From NCBI GenBank assembly GCA_951406725.2, contig OX597819.1, forward strand, positions 37,944,001-38,008,000: 64,000 nt of DNA, written 5' to 3'. Position numbers and translations under genes: made by a program. The number at the start of each line of letters is the position of its first letter. The first letter of the stretch is position 1. Source of the DNA: Octopus vulgaris (Eukaryota). Below the pieces are notes generated by a model that was given only the letters and a program-made list of their open reading frames with translations, made no database searches and had not been told where the DNA came from. Positions 12,291 to 25,735 of the stretch are shown one piece after another.

Positions 12291-12778
12291 GATGATACCA
12301 CTGCTTGCTGATGCTGGTATCTATGCTTATTTTATGACATGAATTATCATAAGACTAAATCTCAATTACAGTTAATTATAAATCCAAATGAAAATAACTG
12401 AAATAGGTTATATGTACTTTTGAAATTATCTTTCTGATAAAGGTGTAGAGAATAGATAAAAAGTTGTGGAGAATAGATATCATGAGAGATAATATTATTG
12501 ATCTGTAGTGATAGAAATTAAACTTTAAAGAAGGCAGTAAAGAAAATGGCTTTATATTCTGGAAGGACATGTTGTGGTGACCTTATTTCTGGCATTGAAT
12601 TAAAAGAGAATGTATTCTGTGGTGTTTGTTCTGTTATGTCATAGAATCAAAAATTATATTTTGAACTTGTTCTGGACACAAGATCTACTTACATTTTTTT
12701 GTTAAAGTTGATATTACCTCATATACAATTAAATTCCAAGTTAATTACAGTTTACTTTTTGTTTGTTTTAATCTTCAG

Positions 12779-12850
12779 AGAGAGAGTACAAGAATTGGAG
12801 GCTTTTATTACAGAATACGGTGAAAGACTAACAATACTACAAGAGAATAT
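12779..12850 (+). CDS. Coiled-coil protein gene, exon C (ERVQELEAFITEYGERLTILQEN)
   Basis: T-rich tract with TTCAG acceptor, AT|GTAAGT donor, 72 bp, phase 2 at both ends. Confidence 0.85.
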
Positions 12851-13129
12851 GTAAGTCATTTAGTTGTAAGAAAATATAGTTCCAGATGTGGACATTAAGT
12901 AACAAATTTTGAGGGGAGGATGGGATGCACAGTTACAGCTGTATCAATACATGCTTGTGATTGGTATTTATTTAAAAATGAAAAGTAGTTAACCCCTAAG
13001 AAATTTGAACTCAGAACATAAATGGAGGAAACACAAAACTGGATAATATTCTGTCTGGTGCTGCACTAATTCTGCTACTACCTTGCTTTTAATACTTTAA
13101 TATAGAAAATCAGGATGTCGTAGAAGAGA

Positions 13130-15265
13130 AGTGTATCAGTATGGATGATGGTCCACATGCTGTTAGTAGTGATTCTGCAAAGAAAGAGGCTTGGAAATGC
13201 TATTATGGAAGGCTGCTAAATGTAGAGAATGCATGGTAGGAGAGTCTGTCTAATGCAAACCCAATTGAGGGACCAGTGATCTGAATCTACAGTAGTTTGG
13301 TAGATAAAGTAATTAAGGATATAAAGACAGTGGAAGCCCTTGGACCATCAGGAATCATTACTGAGATGCTTAAAATATCTGGTGGAGTGGGATATGGCTT
13401 AGTCAGGTTGTCCACGAAGGAGTCATATCCAATGACTGGTGTAACAGTATCATAGTCAACTGCTACAAAATTCAAGATGAATCCTTAGACAGAAATATTT
13501 AAAGAGGTATCAAATTGCAGGACCAGATAATGGAAGTTACTGAAAGGATTATAACTCAACTAATTAGGAAGAGAATTAATGTAGATGAGATGCAGTTTGG
13601 TTTTGTGTTTGGGAGAAGCATGACTGGTGCTATATTCCTGGTGAGGCAACTGCAAAAGAAGTACTTGGCCCAAAATAAACCTCTGTATTTGGCTTTTGTT
13701 GACACAGAGAAAGCCTTTGACAAGGTTTCCCCACTCCCTTATCTGGTGGTCAATGCAGAAGCTAGGGATAGATGAGTAATTAGTGAGAGCTGTACAAGCC
13801 GTGTACAGGGATACTGCCCGTAAGGTGAGGTTTAGCAATGAGAATAGCAATGAATTCAGTGTACAGGTAGGAGTTCACTAAGGGTCAGTTCTCAGCCTGC
13901 TCTTGTTTATCATAGTTTTTTAAAGCTTTAACAGACAAATTCAAGACCGGCTACCCCTGGGAGCTCCTCTATGCTGATGACTTTGTTCTTATAGCTGAAT
14001 CATTACCTGACCTAGAGAAGAAATTTCAGGTGTGGAAGACTTAGAGTTAATTTAGCAAAGATCAAAGTCCTAGTAAGGAGGAAAACAGATAAATCACAAG
14101 TCCCTTCAAGGAGATGGCTCTGCTCAATATGCAGAAAAAGTGTTGGTTCAAACTTCAATATGCAGAAAAAGTGTTGGTTGAGACTTCATACAGTGCAAGC
14201 TGTAGTGATATCACAGGAAGGTTAACAAAGAAAATAGTCTTTGTGTGGCAAATGTGCAGGTACAGTTAACATTAAGAATGCACAGGGAATAAACTTCCTC
14301 AGATGCTTGGAGAAATCTTAGAAGTTGTAGATAGCTTCTATTATCCTAACTTCCACAGCTAACTTGGTTAGCTGTGAAAGAAGAAGTTCTGAAAGCATAG
14401 TTGCTAGAATAAGAACAAGCTGGGCAAAGTTCAGAGAGCTACTACCTTTGCTGGTAACTAAGGGCCTCTCCCTCAGAGTGAAAGGCAGATTGTATGATGC
14501 CTGTGTATGAACAGCTATGCTACATAGTAGTGAAACAAAAGCTGTGACTACATTGGATTTGCAAAGGCTTGAAAGAAATGAAGCCAGCATGGTTTGCTGG
14601 ATGGGTAATGTCAGTGTGTACATATGAAAGAATGTAAATGATTTAAGAGGAAAGCTGAGTACATGAGGCATCAGATAGTGTGTGCAAGTGAGAATACTGC
14701 ACTAGTATGGTCTTGTGATTCATATGGATGAGGACAGCTACTTAAAAAGTACCAATCTCTAATTATGAAGGGAACCTGTTGAAGCGGTAGCCTCAGGAAC
14801 ACATGGGATAAAGAGGCAAGGAAGAATCTTGAGATGCTGGGCCTCACTGAAGAAATGACAAGGGACTGGGAGTTCTGGTGATTTGCTGTATTTGAGAAGA
14901 CATGTCAAGCTTTGTAAAATCGTAGCCATACATACATACAGGCATGTCCTTTATGGACATGCCCCAACTCCCTCTCCCAGCTAAGAGGTCTTTGTCTTGC
15001 AGATGCTGGTTCCACGTAAATTGCACTTGCATCAGTGGCATGTAGAATGCACCCATGCTAGTAGCACAAAGAAAGCATCCATCACACTCTTTAAAGTGGT
15101 CGGAATTAAGAAGGGCATCCAGGCATAGAGACCATGCCAAAACAGACTATTGGAGCCTGGACAGTGCTCTGGCTGGCCAGCTTCTGTCAAACCATCCAAT
15201 TCAAGCAGATATTGAATGGAAAATAGATATTAAATGATGATGTTGATGATGATGATGATGATAAT
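13130..15265 (+). mobile_element. 5'-truncated, decayed RTE-clade LINE (RT, 3' UTR, GAT tail)
   Basis: MQFGFVFGRSMTGAIFLVRQLQKKYLAQNKPLYLAFVDTEKAFDKV, LLYADD and KGLSLRVKGRLYDACV; many stops and frameshifts. Confidence 0.92.
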
Positions 15266-16502
15266 GAAGGAGTTTTAATGCAACCACTTGATTTTCTAAA
15301 AATAGCAACTAAATCCCTACCTATTGTCTTCACACTTTAGCATTTAAATTGTCCATATCTAGCCAAAATATTCTATCTACTTTATGTCCAAAGAGGTCAC
15401 AGTCAGCCTCTCACACCTGCTCTACAATGTCATTTTGAAATTATCAATCACATTGGAGAAATTTCAAAGCTATGAGACAATGTGAATAACTAAGCATTGT
15501 ATTTGGCAGAATAACCTGAATGTTAAAGGGTTAAAGTAGGAAAAAAATACATTGGGTAATGTAGATTAGCTCAGTTAGGGATGACCTGTGGTTAAGAAGC
15601 TTGGCTTGCAACTATGTGCTTTCGGGTTCAACCCCACTACAAGGTATACATATATATATATAAATATATATACACACACATATAAATATATATATAAATA
15701 TATATACATAAATATATATATATACATGTAAATATATACATATACATATATATATATATATACATATAAATACTCACACACACACACATGTATGTATATA
15801 TATATATGTGTGTGTGTGTAACATATGGTATAATTACAAACAGGGCAAATTTTAGCCATTTATCTGCAGACTGAAAAACAAAATGATGAACAACCTTAAT
15901 CGGTTTTCAAACCCTATTGGGTTCTCACCAGAGGCATCTACATCATTCTGACGGTCTCCAGAGAAGCAAGCAGCCAAACTATCTATATACTCAACAAATG
16001 CAGCAGTTACCCTATGAAGGAGTCCCCAATTTGCATACTGAAAGTGTTTAACACTCTATAAATACCAGTGGCCAGTCAACAGGGATCTTAGTCCACTCAG
16101 TATCAAGGTATAATACTGGTTCCAGTTTCAGTCCCACTGTGTGGCACCTTGGGCATGTGTCTTCTACTATATCCTTGGGCTGACCAAAGCCTTGTGAGTG
16201 GATATAGTAGATGGAAACTGAAAGAAGCCTGTCATATATATATATATAGATATATATATATATATATATATATGAGTCACCATGATTGACCGCTAAATCC
16301 ACAAGTTTTTTTTTATTCTTTCTCTGTTTATTTCCTTGTGTTCCTTTCTGTTGAAGAGCATAGGCTTGAAACGTAAAAGACTTTCTCACCTGCTTGTTGT
16401 TATACACCTGTCTTCATCATTTGTTTTTCTGTAAATTTCAACTTTATATGTGTATGTGTGTGTGTCTTTGTTTGTTCCCAAACCACTGCTTGACAACACA
16501 CA

Positions 16503-16545
<43 letters not shown>

Positions 16546-18333
16546 ATACATACATATATACATATATGGGTACAGGACGTCACAAAATGTAAACAACATG
16601 AAAAATGAAAACAAATGAGTTGACATGCAAACAACAAGAGTAACAAATGAAAAAAACAGGACAAGTAACATAAAGAAAGACCCTTCATCTGTTGTCGGCT
16701 GTCCATCTACTCCTCATTTTGAGCATTGAACAACAATATGAATCTTCAAAGGCAATTGCTTCCACAAATACCAAAATAAATTTGTGATTTGAAGAGGGTC
16801 AAAGTTGGTAACAAAAATAGGACAGTGGACACATACAAGGAAACTGAATGAAAACAAATATAGAGGGTTGTTAGACCAGACAAAGTTAAAAGAGCGAATG
16901 CTAGAGAAATATTTTCTTTGACAAGAGTAAAGATAGATGAGAGAGGCAATTAGGATATGTGCAGTCTCTACAACAGCCCTGAAGGAAAAGAAAGATGATC
17001 ACATGAGGAAAAGAAAGATGGATGATGGTCACATGTGGGCAACAAGAGAGAGAGAGAGAGTAAAGGAGAAAGAGGGAGAGGGAGAGAGACAGACAGAAAA
17101 TGGTGAAGGGGAGAAAAAAAGGAATTTGAGAAAGGATGAGAGAGAAAATGATAGGGTAGAGTCGCATCAAAAATATTAAGATAAACTTACTTGGAAATGG
17201 ATGGGTGGCATTCAATCAAATAATAATATAAATAATATATATACATGCATATATATATATATATTGATATGCAAACAACGAGAGAAACAAATGAAAAACA
17301 GGGCGAGTAACATAAAGAATGACCTTTCATCCTTTGTCAGCTGTCTATCTACTCCTCATTTTGAGCATTGAATGACGATATGAGTTTTTGAAGGCAGTTG
17401 CTCCTGCAAAATTTCAACCCATGTTGTTTAATTTACATCCCTTTAACTTTGTGGTTCAGCAAAAGAACCTATAGAATAAGAACCAGACCTTAAAAATAAG
17501 TACTGGTGTTGATTTGTTTGACTAAATTCTTCAAGGTGATGTCCAAGCATGGCTGCAGTCCAGTGACTGAAACAAGGGAAAAATAAAAGATAAGCTAGCA
17601 ATTGTTTATAATCTCTATTAAGTCTCTTTTTTAATATCAATTCCTCCCACCACCTGCATACTCAATCTTTCTTCTCCTGAATGTTGATCCTCAAGAATTC
17701 CCTATCAGCCCATGTTTTATCTGCAGTCATCCGCTTGTAACTATTCAAGATAAACATTAACCTCATGGAACTCAATAGTCATTTAGGGCCTTCACATGTC
17801 CTTAAGGACTTGTGAGTTCAACCTCTTCTGCTAGATTAAATCAATTCTTTCTTTCCCTCTTTTCCATAAACTATTCCTGAGAGGATTGTGAGGCATCCCC
17901 TCCATAGAGTACTCTCAGAAGCAACCACCATTACACTTTTTGGATTAAATTCCCAAATATGACCAAATGATGTTATGAATATCATTCAACCATATAATTT
18001 TTGGTTTACCCCTAGGTCTCCTGTTGATTGGCTCAACTTAAAGAGTTTGTCTTGCAATTCTTTCCTATGACATTCTAACCATATGTCTGTAGTACTGTGG
18101 TTTCTCAATGTGTAGAAGTGGTGGCTCGATCTGGAGAGACTCTCTGATCTCTGACCTGTGCACATTGTCAAGTGAACCTGAAATCACATGGTTGTAATGC
18201 AAGCTTCTTAATCACATTAAGAAATGTCCTTACATGTAATTTAACCATAGGTCATCTCTAATTGAGCAGACCTACATTATTCTAAAAAATGAAAACAAAA
18301 TATTCTTATGACTTGTATGTTTACAATGTTTAG

Positions 18334-18487
18334 AACAAACTCTTATTTCAGACAATCACTTGAAAATAAGAAAAGGGATTTAATATTGGAAATAAGGCTG
18401 ATCCATGAACATCAAGATTATTTTCGAAAATCTTTACAAGCAGAAGCAGAAAAAAGATTGCAATATTATAAAGAAAACAAACTCAAA
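18334..18487 (+). CDS. Coiled-coil protein gene, exon D (TNSYFRQSLENKKRDLILEIRLIHEHQDYFRKSLQAEAEKRLQYYKENKLK)
   Basis: TTTAG acceptor, AAA|GTAAGA donor, same frame as track ORF 18308-18553, phase 2 in and 0 out. Confidence 0.85.
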
Positions 18488-18581
18488 GTAAGATTTTTTA
18501 AAAACATGCTCATAAAAATAACCAAGTCCCTAACTATAGTTATCTCAAGTTAATGTTTGTTGACACTTCCTTGGTTTAATT

Positions 18582-18974
18582 TAATTGACTAAGAAATTTT
18601 CATCATAATTGTAGGCAAACTGCATAATGGGAAGGGACATAATAGGTGGATATCGATTTTACAGGAAACCGCTAATATATATTGTTGAACTCACAATGAT
18701 TGTGGAGGAAATGGTTGAGGCAGCTTTTGTAAAGTTTTTACATAATGTTTAGACAAGCAATAGGCCTATAGTTTTCAGGCAACTCAGTGGTTTCGTTCTT
18801 GGCTACAAGATTTGTCCATGCTGTAACAAGCCAATTTGGTACGTCAATCTGACTTTCCATAGTACTTCTGAAAATATATATTAGTGGTTTCCTGTAAAAT
18901 CGATATCCACCTATTAGGTCCCTTCCCATTATGCAGTCTGCCTACAAGTATGATGAAAATTTCTTAGTCAATTA
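18582..18974. repeat. R4/NeSL-type RT fragment with a ~100 bp inverted duplication (fold-back)
   Basis: Arms 18582-18683 and 18873-18974 are near-perfect reverse complements; minus strand VPNWLVTAWTNLVAKNETTELPENYRPIACLNIM. Confidence 0.85.
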
Positions 18975-19751
18975 CATGTTTTGCTGTTAATGCTGGTACA
19001 GTATTCTCTCTTTGTTATATTTAGTCATGATGCTTTAAGGTTAAGATCCCTCTTTCTGTTACAGATTTTCAAGCAGAATGTTTGAAGACCTTGTTTTATA
19101 TGCATAGAATAATATACTATATGTATGTATGTTATTATGGTTGTTGTTTTGATAGATAAATAAGTTAACATTTTAATGTCCTAAAGTTGATGAACCAACT
19201 ATTGTGATTCTCCATTTTCTTATTTGCAATATAAATTAATGGTAAAATATCTCTTTACCTTCACCCATTTAATACAATAGGTAAGTTAATTGCAATGCAA
19301 TTAAAAACACTTGTGTATTAATAATTGGGTATTATACCAACAGTATATTGGATAGATATTATCCCTTAGTGAGTTGGACCCACAACCCCTAACTTTCTTG
19401 GAGTTATATATACATATATATATATACACATACTATGATGCATTTTTAATACAGTTAGTATTTGTTACTAAACACAATATCATTGTAAATACTGTTATTC
19501 TATTTACATTTATTTGTAGTGAAAATTTGATCCTGTCTCTTTCACATTATTGTCACCCTTTTGATGTAGACCGAAAGAAAGAAGTATATTCTTTGTTTAT
19601 ATATAACATGCAGTTATATAATGAAATACTGTTACATGCAAAATGAAAGTGAAACGAAGCAAGCTGATATACAGATATATATATAATAGCAATGTAATCT
19701 TAGCATTACTTTAGTACTACCTATGTTAAAGTAATGTGTATACATACACAG

Positions 19752-20489
19752 ATGTGCCCCACTGAATTTGTTTCCTCATAACTTTCAGAAAAATGGATAT
19801 TTTTTAATGAAATTTTCTATAAATATTCTTCAGATAGTGTAAGTTCTGATTATATCTGAATTTCTTGTGAAAAATGTTTTGGGGAGAATGCGGAGAAAAG
19901 ATTCAGAAAATTCACACAGGTCTGCTTTGTTTCCTCATAACTTTCATAAAAATGGGTACTATGAAATGAAAGTTTTAGCAAATGCCTTTCAGAGTGTGCA
20001 GATTACAATTATATTGGAATTTATTCTGGAAATAAGAACTGGTGGGATGGCATATACATATTGACACACATCACATATTTTGGAAAATTACTATTTGTGA
20101 ATTTCTCAAGGAGAGATATTCAGCAACAGTACTCTAGTGTGAAGATTATTTGTCAACATAACATGGCAGTCCTGGTTTAGGATGAATGTTGCTGTAATTT
20201 ATCCCCAGGAGCCCCTTTTTTGAAAATATAAAGACACAGATCATGTCAAATAGCTAGCTGGAGACGATGTTTCCTGGGGCTAAATTACAACCACATTCGT
20301 CCTAAACTTGGACTGCCATGTTATGTTGGCAAATAATCTTCAATCACATATTTTTTTGAAAAAATTTATTTCACAACAAAATATGTCATATTGGAATCTA
20401 CATCATCTGAAGTGTAGGTGTAGAAAATTTCATTTGAAAAATATCCACTTTTCTTAAAGTTATGAAAAAAGAAAGTCATTGGGACACAT
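19752..20489. mobile_element. MITE/fold-back element with nested inverted repeats
   Basis: Outer diverged arms at about 19752-19840 and 20402-20489; inner arms at 20141-20210 and 20272-20341. Confidence 0.65.
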
Positions 20490-20638
20490 ATATGTAGGTA
20501 TGCTAAAGCTAACTTTGACCAGGACACTTGGTTACATCGTTACTTGGGAATGTGGGGGTAGTAAAACTTTGAAGAACACATTGTAGATAATCCTTTACAT
20601 CTGCATTTCTGTTTTTTGACGGAAACATGCACATTTTT

Positions 20639-20685
<47 letters not shown>

Positions 20686-23526
20686 TACATACATGTGTAC
20701 GATGATCAGCTTGCAGTTTCTGTCTGCTAAATCTACTCACAAGCTTTTGGTTAGCCTGAAGTTATAGTAGAAGATACATGTCCAGGGAGGCCTCACAGTG
20801 AGACTGAACCCAAGACCACATGGTTGTGAAGCAAACATTTTAACCACACAGCTATGCCTGGCACCTATGACATATTTTTCAAATGGGTGGCATCACCCAA
20901 TAAAACTAGTATCTCTTCTAAAGACGCTGCAAAACGTTGATGCAGTGTAAAATGTTAACCCTTTACTCAAATGGACTAGGTGATGGTTATATGTAAGGAA
21001 CAGATAAAAGATAGAATTAATAATTTTCAACAAATGATAGTATTTATAGGTTTAAGAATGAGCTGTCTATTAGAGAAAGCATAATTAGGTTCAAGTAATT
21101 TGTCTGGAACATGACCATAAGCAATAGGAAGTGAATTGACCTAGAAATTTGTGTTGCATAATTTATCAAAGCCTTTGCTAATATTGATTTGACAGTCTTG
21201 CTTTTACTATGACTTTTATGCAGTTGAAGACTTTTGCTGTGATACAGGAAAATAAGTGTTCAAAACTTATTTTTAAGAAGCCATATTGAAATCAACTATG
21301 AGAGGAATATAATTCAAATTGCAGTAGGCAATATTTTGTAATTGAATTGATTATGTTGAACATTTTGGTGATAAAAATCTAATGAAAATAATATATTTTT
21401 ATAGTTTTGGGACCATTACAGGCTCTCCCAGACTGATGTGATTGATGGGAATGTTGTTGATGTGGCTGATGTATTTTGTGTTGATGTTGTTGATAAGGCT
21501 GACATCATTGCTTTTGTTGATATGATTGATGTGGTTAATGTGATTGATGTGGCATATATAAAGAAATGCAATATGACACAAGAGGTGGTTCTTATGTCTG
21601 GTTCCATCACTCTTTGGAAGTGAAATTAGCAAGTTACTCTTTTATAAGATTTAAGATACTGTTTCCATTTAATTGTAGTTGGCACAAGTTGAGAGAGAAG
21701 TAGTTAGAAGTCAAAATGAGGATAGCATCCATCTTGCAAGCAAGCTGTTTAAGGTTGATAGAAGAGGAAAAAAGATCAGGGCTAGTTATTTTATTGAGTT
21801 AAAAGAAGATTTTGCTTTGATGATATAGTGAATGAAAGAGAATGAATCTGAGATATATTTTTAAATGTGAATGAGCAGAGTGGTGGCAAAACAGATAGCA
21901 AATGTTATAGCATGACTCTATCTGTAGAGCCATCTTAGTTAAGAGAAGTTGATTTGAAGATTTTTTGATAAGTGACCAAAATGTGTGATGGTAATTTGGG
22001 AGAAACAATGAGCCTGCAAGGTATTTTGTGAATAAAGACAACTTATATTTTGCTAATGCTTTTTTTTAAATATTCTAGTGGGTGAACTTCTCACAGCTGT
22101 AAAAGGACTGTTAGTGAGATTTGATACAGTGGTTTTTGGTTGTGTAGTTCTGTTAGGTATGTGGAAGGATATACCAAGGAGAGCAGTTTTGGGTAGTTGC
22201 TTCTTTGGTTCTAATAAATTAGAGAAGAAGCTAATTTACTATCAAGTGTATATTCATAAAGGGCTTAGCTATATGGCATATCATAAGATCCCAAAACCTG
22301 TTGGCTAAGGGCCTCTCTAGTGAATGGCCTCTCTAGAATATGGAAGAGGAAAGTACCCCATTACTCAATGTCAACAAAGGGGATTGTATTTCTTTGGCTA
22401 TCGATCACTGGTGGCCCTGTTATCCCATGGGTTCTAATAGTTTAGCAGGAATTTCCTGAAATGTAAGCATGGCCCAAAGGCCTCTGTTCTGGAGTTCAGG
22501 ATGTTCCTTGGGCTGAGGGAGTCCTTTAGGATCCTCACCCATTTTGCAATGCATAATTTACAACGATTGGTCCCATTAATGTAGGGGCCTGGATTTTCTT
22601 GGATTCTCCATGATATAGTTTAGGGAATCCCAGTGGTAGTGATGTGGGGGTATTATCAGCCTGCTTTTGTGGGGGTCACTTGCAAGCTATTATCTTCTTT
22701 TCCTTCTTTTATTTGTTTTAGTCATTGGATTATGAGCATGCTGGGGTACCACCTTGAAGGGTTTTTAGTTGAATGGATTGACCCCCAGTACTTATTTTAA
22801 AACCTGGTACTTATTCTATTGGCCTATTTTGGTGAACCACTAAGGTACAGGACATAAACCAACTCCAGCTGTCAAGTGGTGGTATTGGACAAACATATAT
22901 ACAAAGACAAACACATGCATGCACACACATGCACATGAACACACACACACACACACACACACTTTTAGTTTCTATCTACCAAATGCACTCACAAGGCTTT
23001 GGTCAGCCTGAAGACACTTGCTCAAGGAGCCAAGCTGTAGGACTGAACCTGGAATTATGTGGTTGGGAAGCAAACTTCTTACCACACAGCCATGCCTATG
23101 CCTATTTAGATCTTTTGAATCATTCTTAGAAATACAAAAACGTGTGGAACTGGTATTAAGTGGTTAAATTTGAGATTTAAGGCAGCTGCCAGAAGATATG
23201 TGAAGACTGAAGCTGAGATGTATCAGTAGAGTTAGTTAGGGATACAAACAATCTTGTGACTGTTACATTCAGAGAGATTATTACATTTAAATAAAAAACG
23301 AAGTCAGAGAATTAATTCTTAATACGAATACTGAAGAACATACTAAGATTCAAATGGCGGTGCCCCAGCATGGCCACAGCTCATAAGCTGAAACTAGAAT
23401 CAATCAATCAATCAATCACATTTTAGGTTTGAGTTAGTATAAAGAATATAGAAAACATAGTTCACAAGGGGCAATTAGTGACAGGGTGATGTATCTAAAT
23501 TTCCAAATTTCTAATTACATCTTCAG

Positions 23527-23658
23527 GCTGAACGAATTCAAAAGGAAGCCCTTGGTATGAGTGAAATTATTGAGAAATTAGGAAATGATATAAAGATGTT
23601 TAAAGAAGACTTTAAAAGGAGACTTACAGAATCAGCAGCACATATTATAGAAGAACAG
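23527..23658 (+). CDS. Coiled-coil protein gene, exon E (AERIQKEALGMSEIIEKLGNDIKMFKEDFKRRLTESAAHIIEEQ)
   Basis: CTTCAG acceptor, CAG|GTAAGT donor, 132 bp, phase 0 at both ends. Confidence 0.88.
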
Positions 23659-23689
23659 GTAAGTAAATGAACCTAATTTAAACAACAGA

Positions 23690-25250
23690 ATATTGGCTTC
23701 CCATGTGGAGATATTGTAGGATGTTAAATCTAGATACAATTTATTATATTGGAATACTCTCATCATAATAGGTAAAGAACAAACTGGGGGTTTTCAAAAA
23801 ACAAATCAAATATAAAAACAGTTGGGTCATTAGCAATTCATTTTATTTTTTTGCAAGGGAGAAAGTCATCTTGTTCAATGAAGGCTTGAAGGTCAAAACT
23901 TCAAAATCAGTCATCACACGTCTTGTGTAAAATTATAATAAGTATGTGCTCTACGAAATGTATTGAGTAATCCTTCAGTTTAATGTACAAGAACTGTTTG
24001 ATTATAACGCAAAATAAAAACAACCATTTACACATAGCAACATTTGAGATACTTAATTGGTCTGTAGAGAAAATTCATTCCATAGATATTAAAACTTACA
24101 GGATCCTGTCATCAACTGGAAATTTCATCAGAAACAGTAATATCTACAGGCTCTGCGTAAGCGGTGACAACGGAAATAGAGGCTTGTTATCAGTGTGGAC
24201 AGCTTTTGGATGTTGTATAGTATCTATCAGTCAGTACTTGCTAAATAGCATCATCAAAATTAAAAGCTGAGAGAATAACATCTTATATATCAGTGAGCTC
24301 CTCAGAAAGTACTTCCTTCCTAATGAATTCCCATATAACCTCAATACAGCTGGAAAGTATACCTCAAAGAAAATGTTGAAGTGAAATGATCAGCATCAAG
24401 ACATGGTTTCCTAATACTGCCATGAAGTATAGCCTTTCTCGAACTCACAACTGCTATGCTGCATCACGTCACATGGTGAACAGCAAGAGATTGCTACAAA
24501 ATACCTAATAAACAAAAGAGATAGTGAATCACTTGGAACTCAAAGAGGCAAGTAAAATTAATGATTGTGCCACAAGTGTGAAGTATCAAATGTGTGAAAT
24601 CTTTCTCATTTCTGTGGAAGATTCCATATGTTTGTTCAGTAGCTGCTCAAATTTATCATCAAGGTACTACCTCCACATGTGATATGATGTCATTAAAATA
24701 ATTTACTATGTCTTAAAAAAAGACTGTCCTGGAATAGAATTCTCCAGCTACTCAATACATACATAGGGATCAACACAAGGAGTATTGGTGGAACATTCCC
24801 ATAAAAACATCTGGATATAATTGTTTGGGGCAGACAAGAAAAAGTATTTATAATCAGAAAGGTCAGTTGCTCTACTGATGTGAATATCTCTTCAAAATTC
24901 CAAGAGAAAAAGGATAACTATGTGCAACTACTTCAAAACCATCAGCTTCTATATCCAGATTAGGAATTCATATTCATACCGATGATAATTGGTACACTTA
25001 GTTTTGTTAGTAAATACCTAAGGGGCAGTCTGGAACATCTTGGCTTTTCAGAAAAAGAAATCAACTAGCTAACATGCAGATTACAAATACAATCTGTAAG
25101 CAGAATAGTAAATAACATGCAAGCCTTTTTCTCAAGTTCAGCATGTGACATTGTTCTTTTATCTACATTCCAATGACATAGCTAGCTTGTATCTTTGTTG
25201 GAAACCAGCTCCTTCTCTAGAGGAATATTTCAAATAATTAAAAATAGAAG
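23690..25250 (+). mobile_element. Decayed R4/NeSL-type non-LTR retrotransposon, 3' half
   Basis: NWSVEKIHSIDIKTYRILSSTGNFIRNSNIYRLCVSGDNGNRGLLSV; downstream parts resemble the 6640-7316 element. Confidence 0.75.
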
Positions 25251-25269
25251 AGAACATTCATCCATATGC

Positions 25270-25735
25270 GGTGATTGCTCTATCTTCAAAGGTGATTGCC
25301 GACTCTCTGATCTTCATCATTGTCAATGACATTTCTGACATTCTGTCCATGACCTATCAGATGACTATTCAGTCCCACTGCAGATCTGCTTGGTTTGAAG
25401 CATGAGTGATAGATGAAAGCCGTAACTTCCGCTGGATTGATCAGATCACTTTGCAAGACATGATCCCTGTGAACTGCTATATGTCTTTTCAGATCTGAAA
25501 TTGACTTGCCATTCTTTTCACCCATTTTACATGTTGAATCATCCAGTCTATAGGTAGGACATTGCATACAATTGATCTTTCATGAGACTTCAGAGGGTTG
25601 GCAACCTTGGAAAAGAGCACATGGTTACATGTTTCACACCTTCAGCATTTGATGTTCTTGTTGAGGTTCTGATGATAGAGTATCTGAGGCCAGCCCTTCA
25701 GGTTTCCATGCACAAGGTGACCTTCTTCAAAAGTT
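25270..25735 (-). mobile_element. LINE (RTE/BovB-like) C-terminal C2H2 zinc-finger remnant
   Basis: TCKMGEKNGKSISDLKRHIAVH...CFKPSRSAVGLNSHLIGH. Confidence 0.5.
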
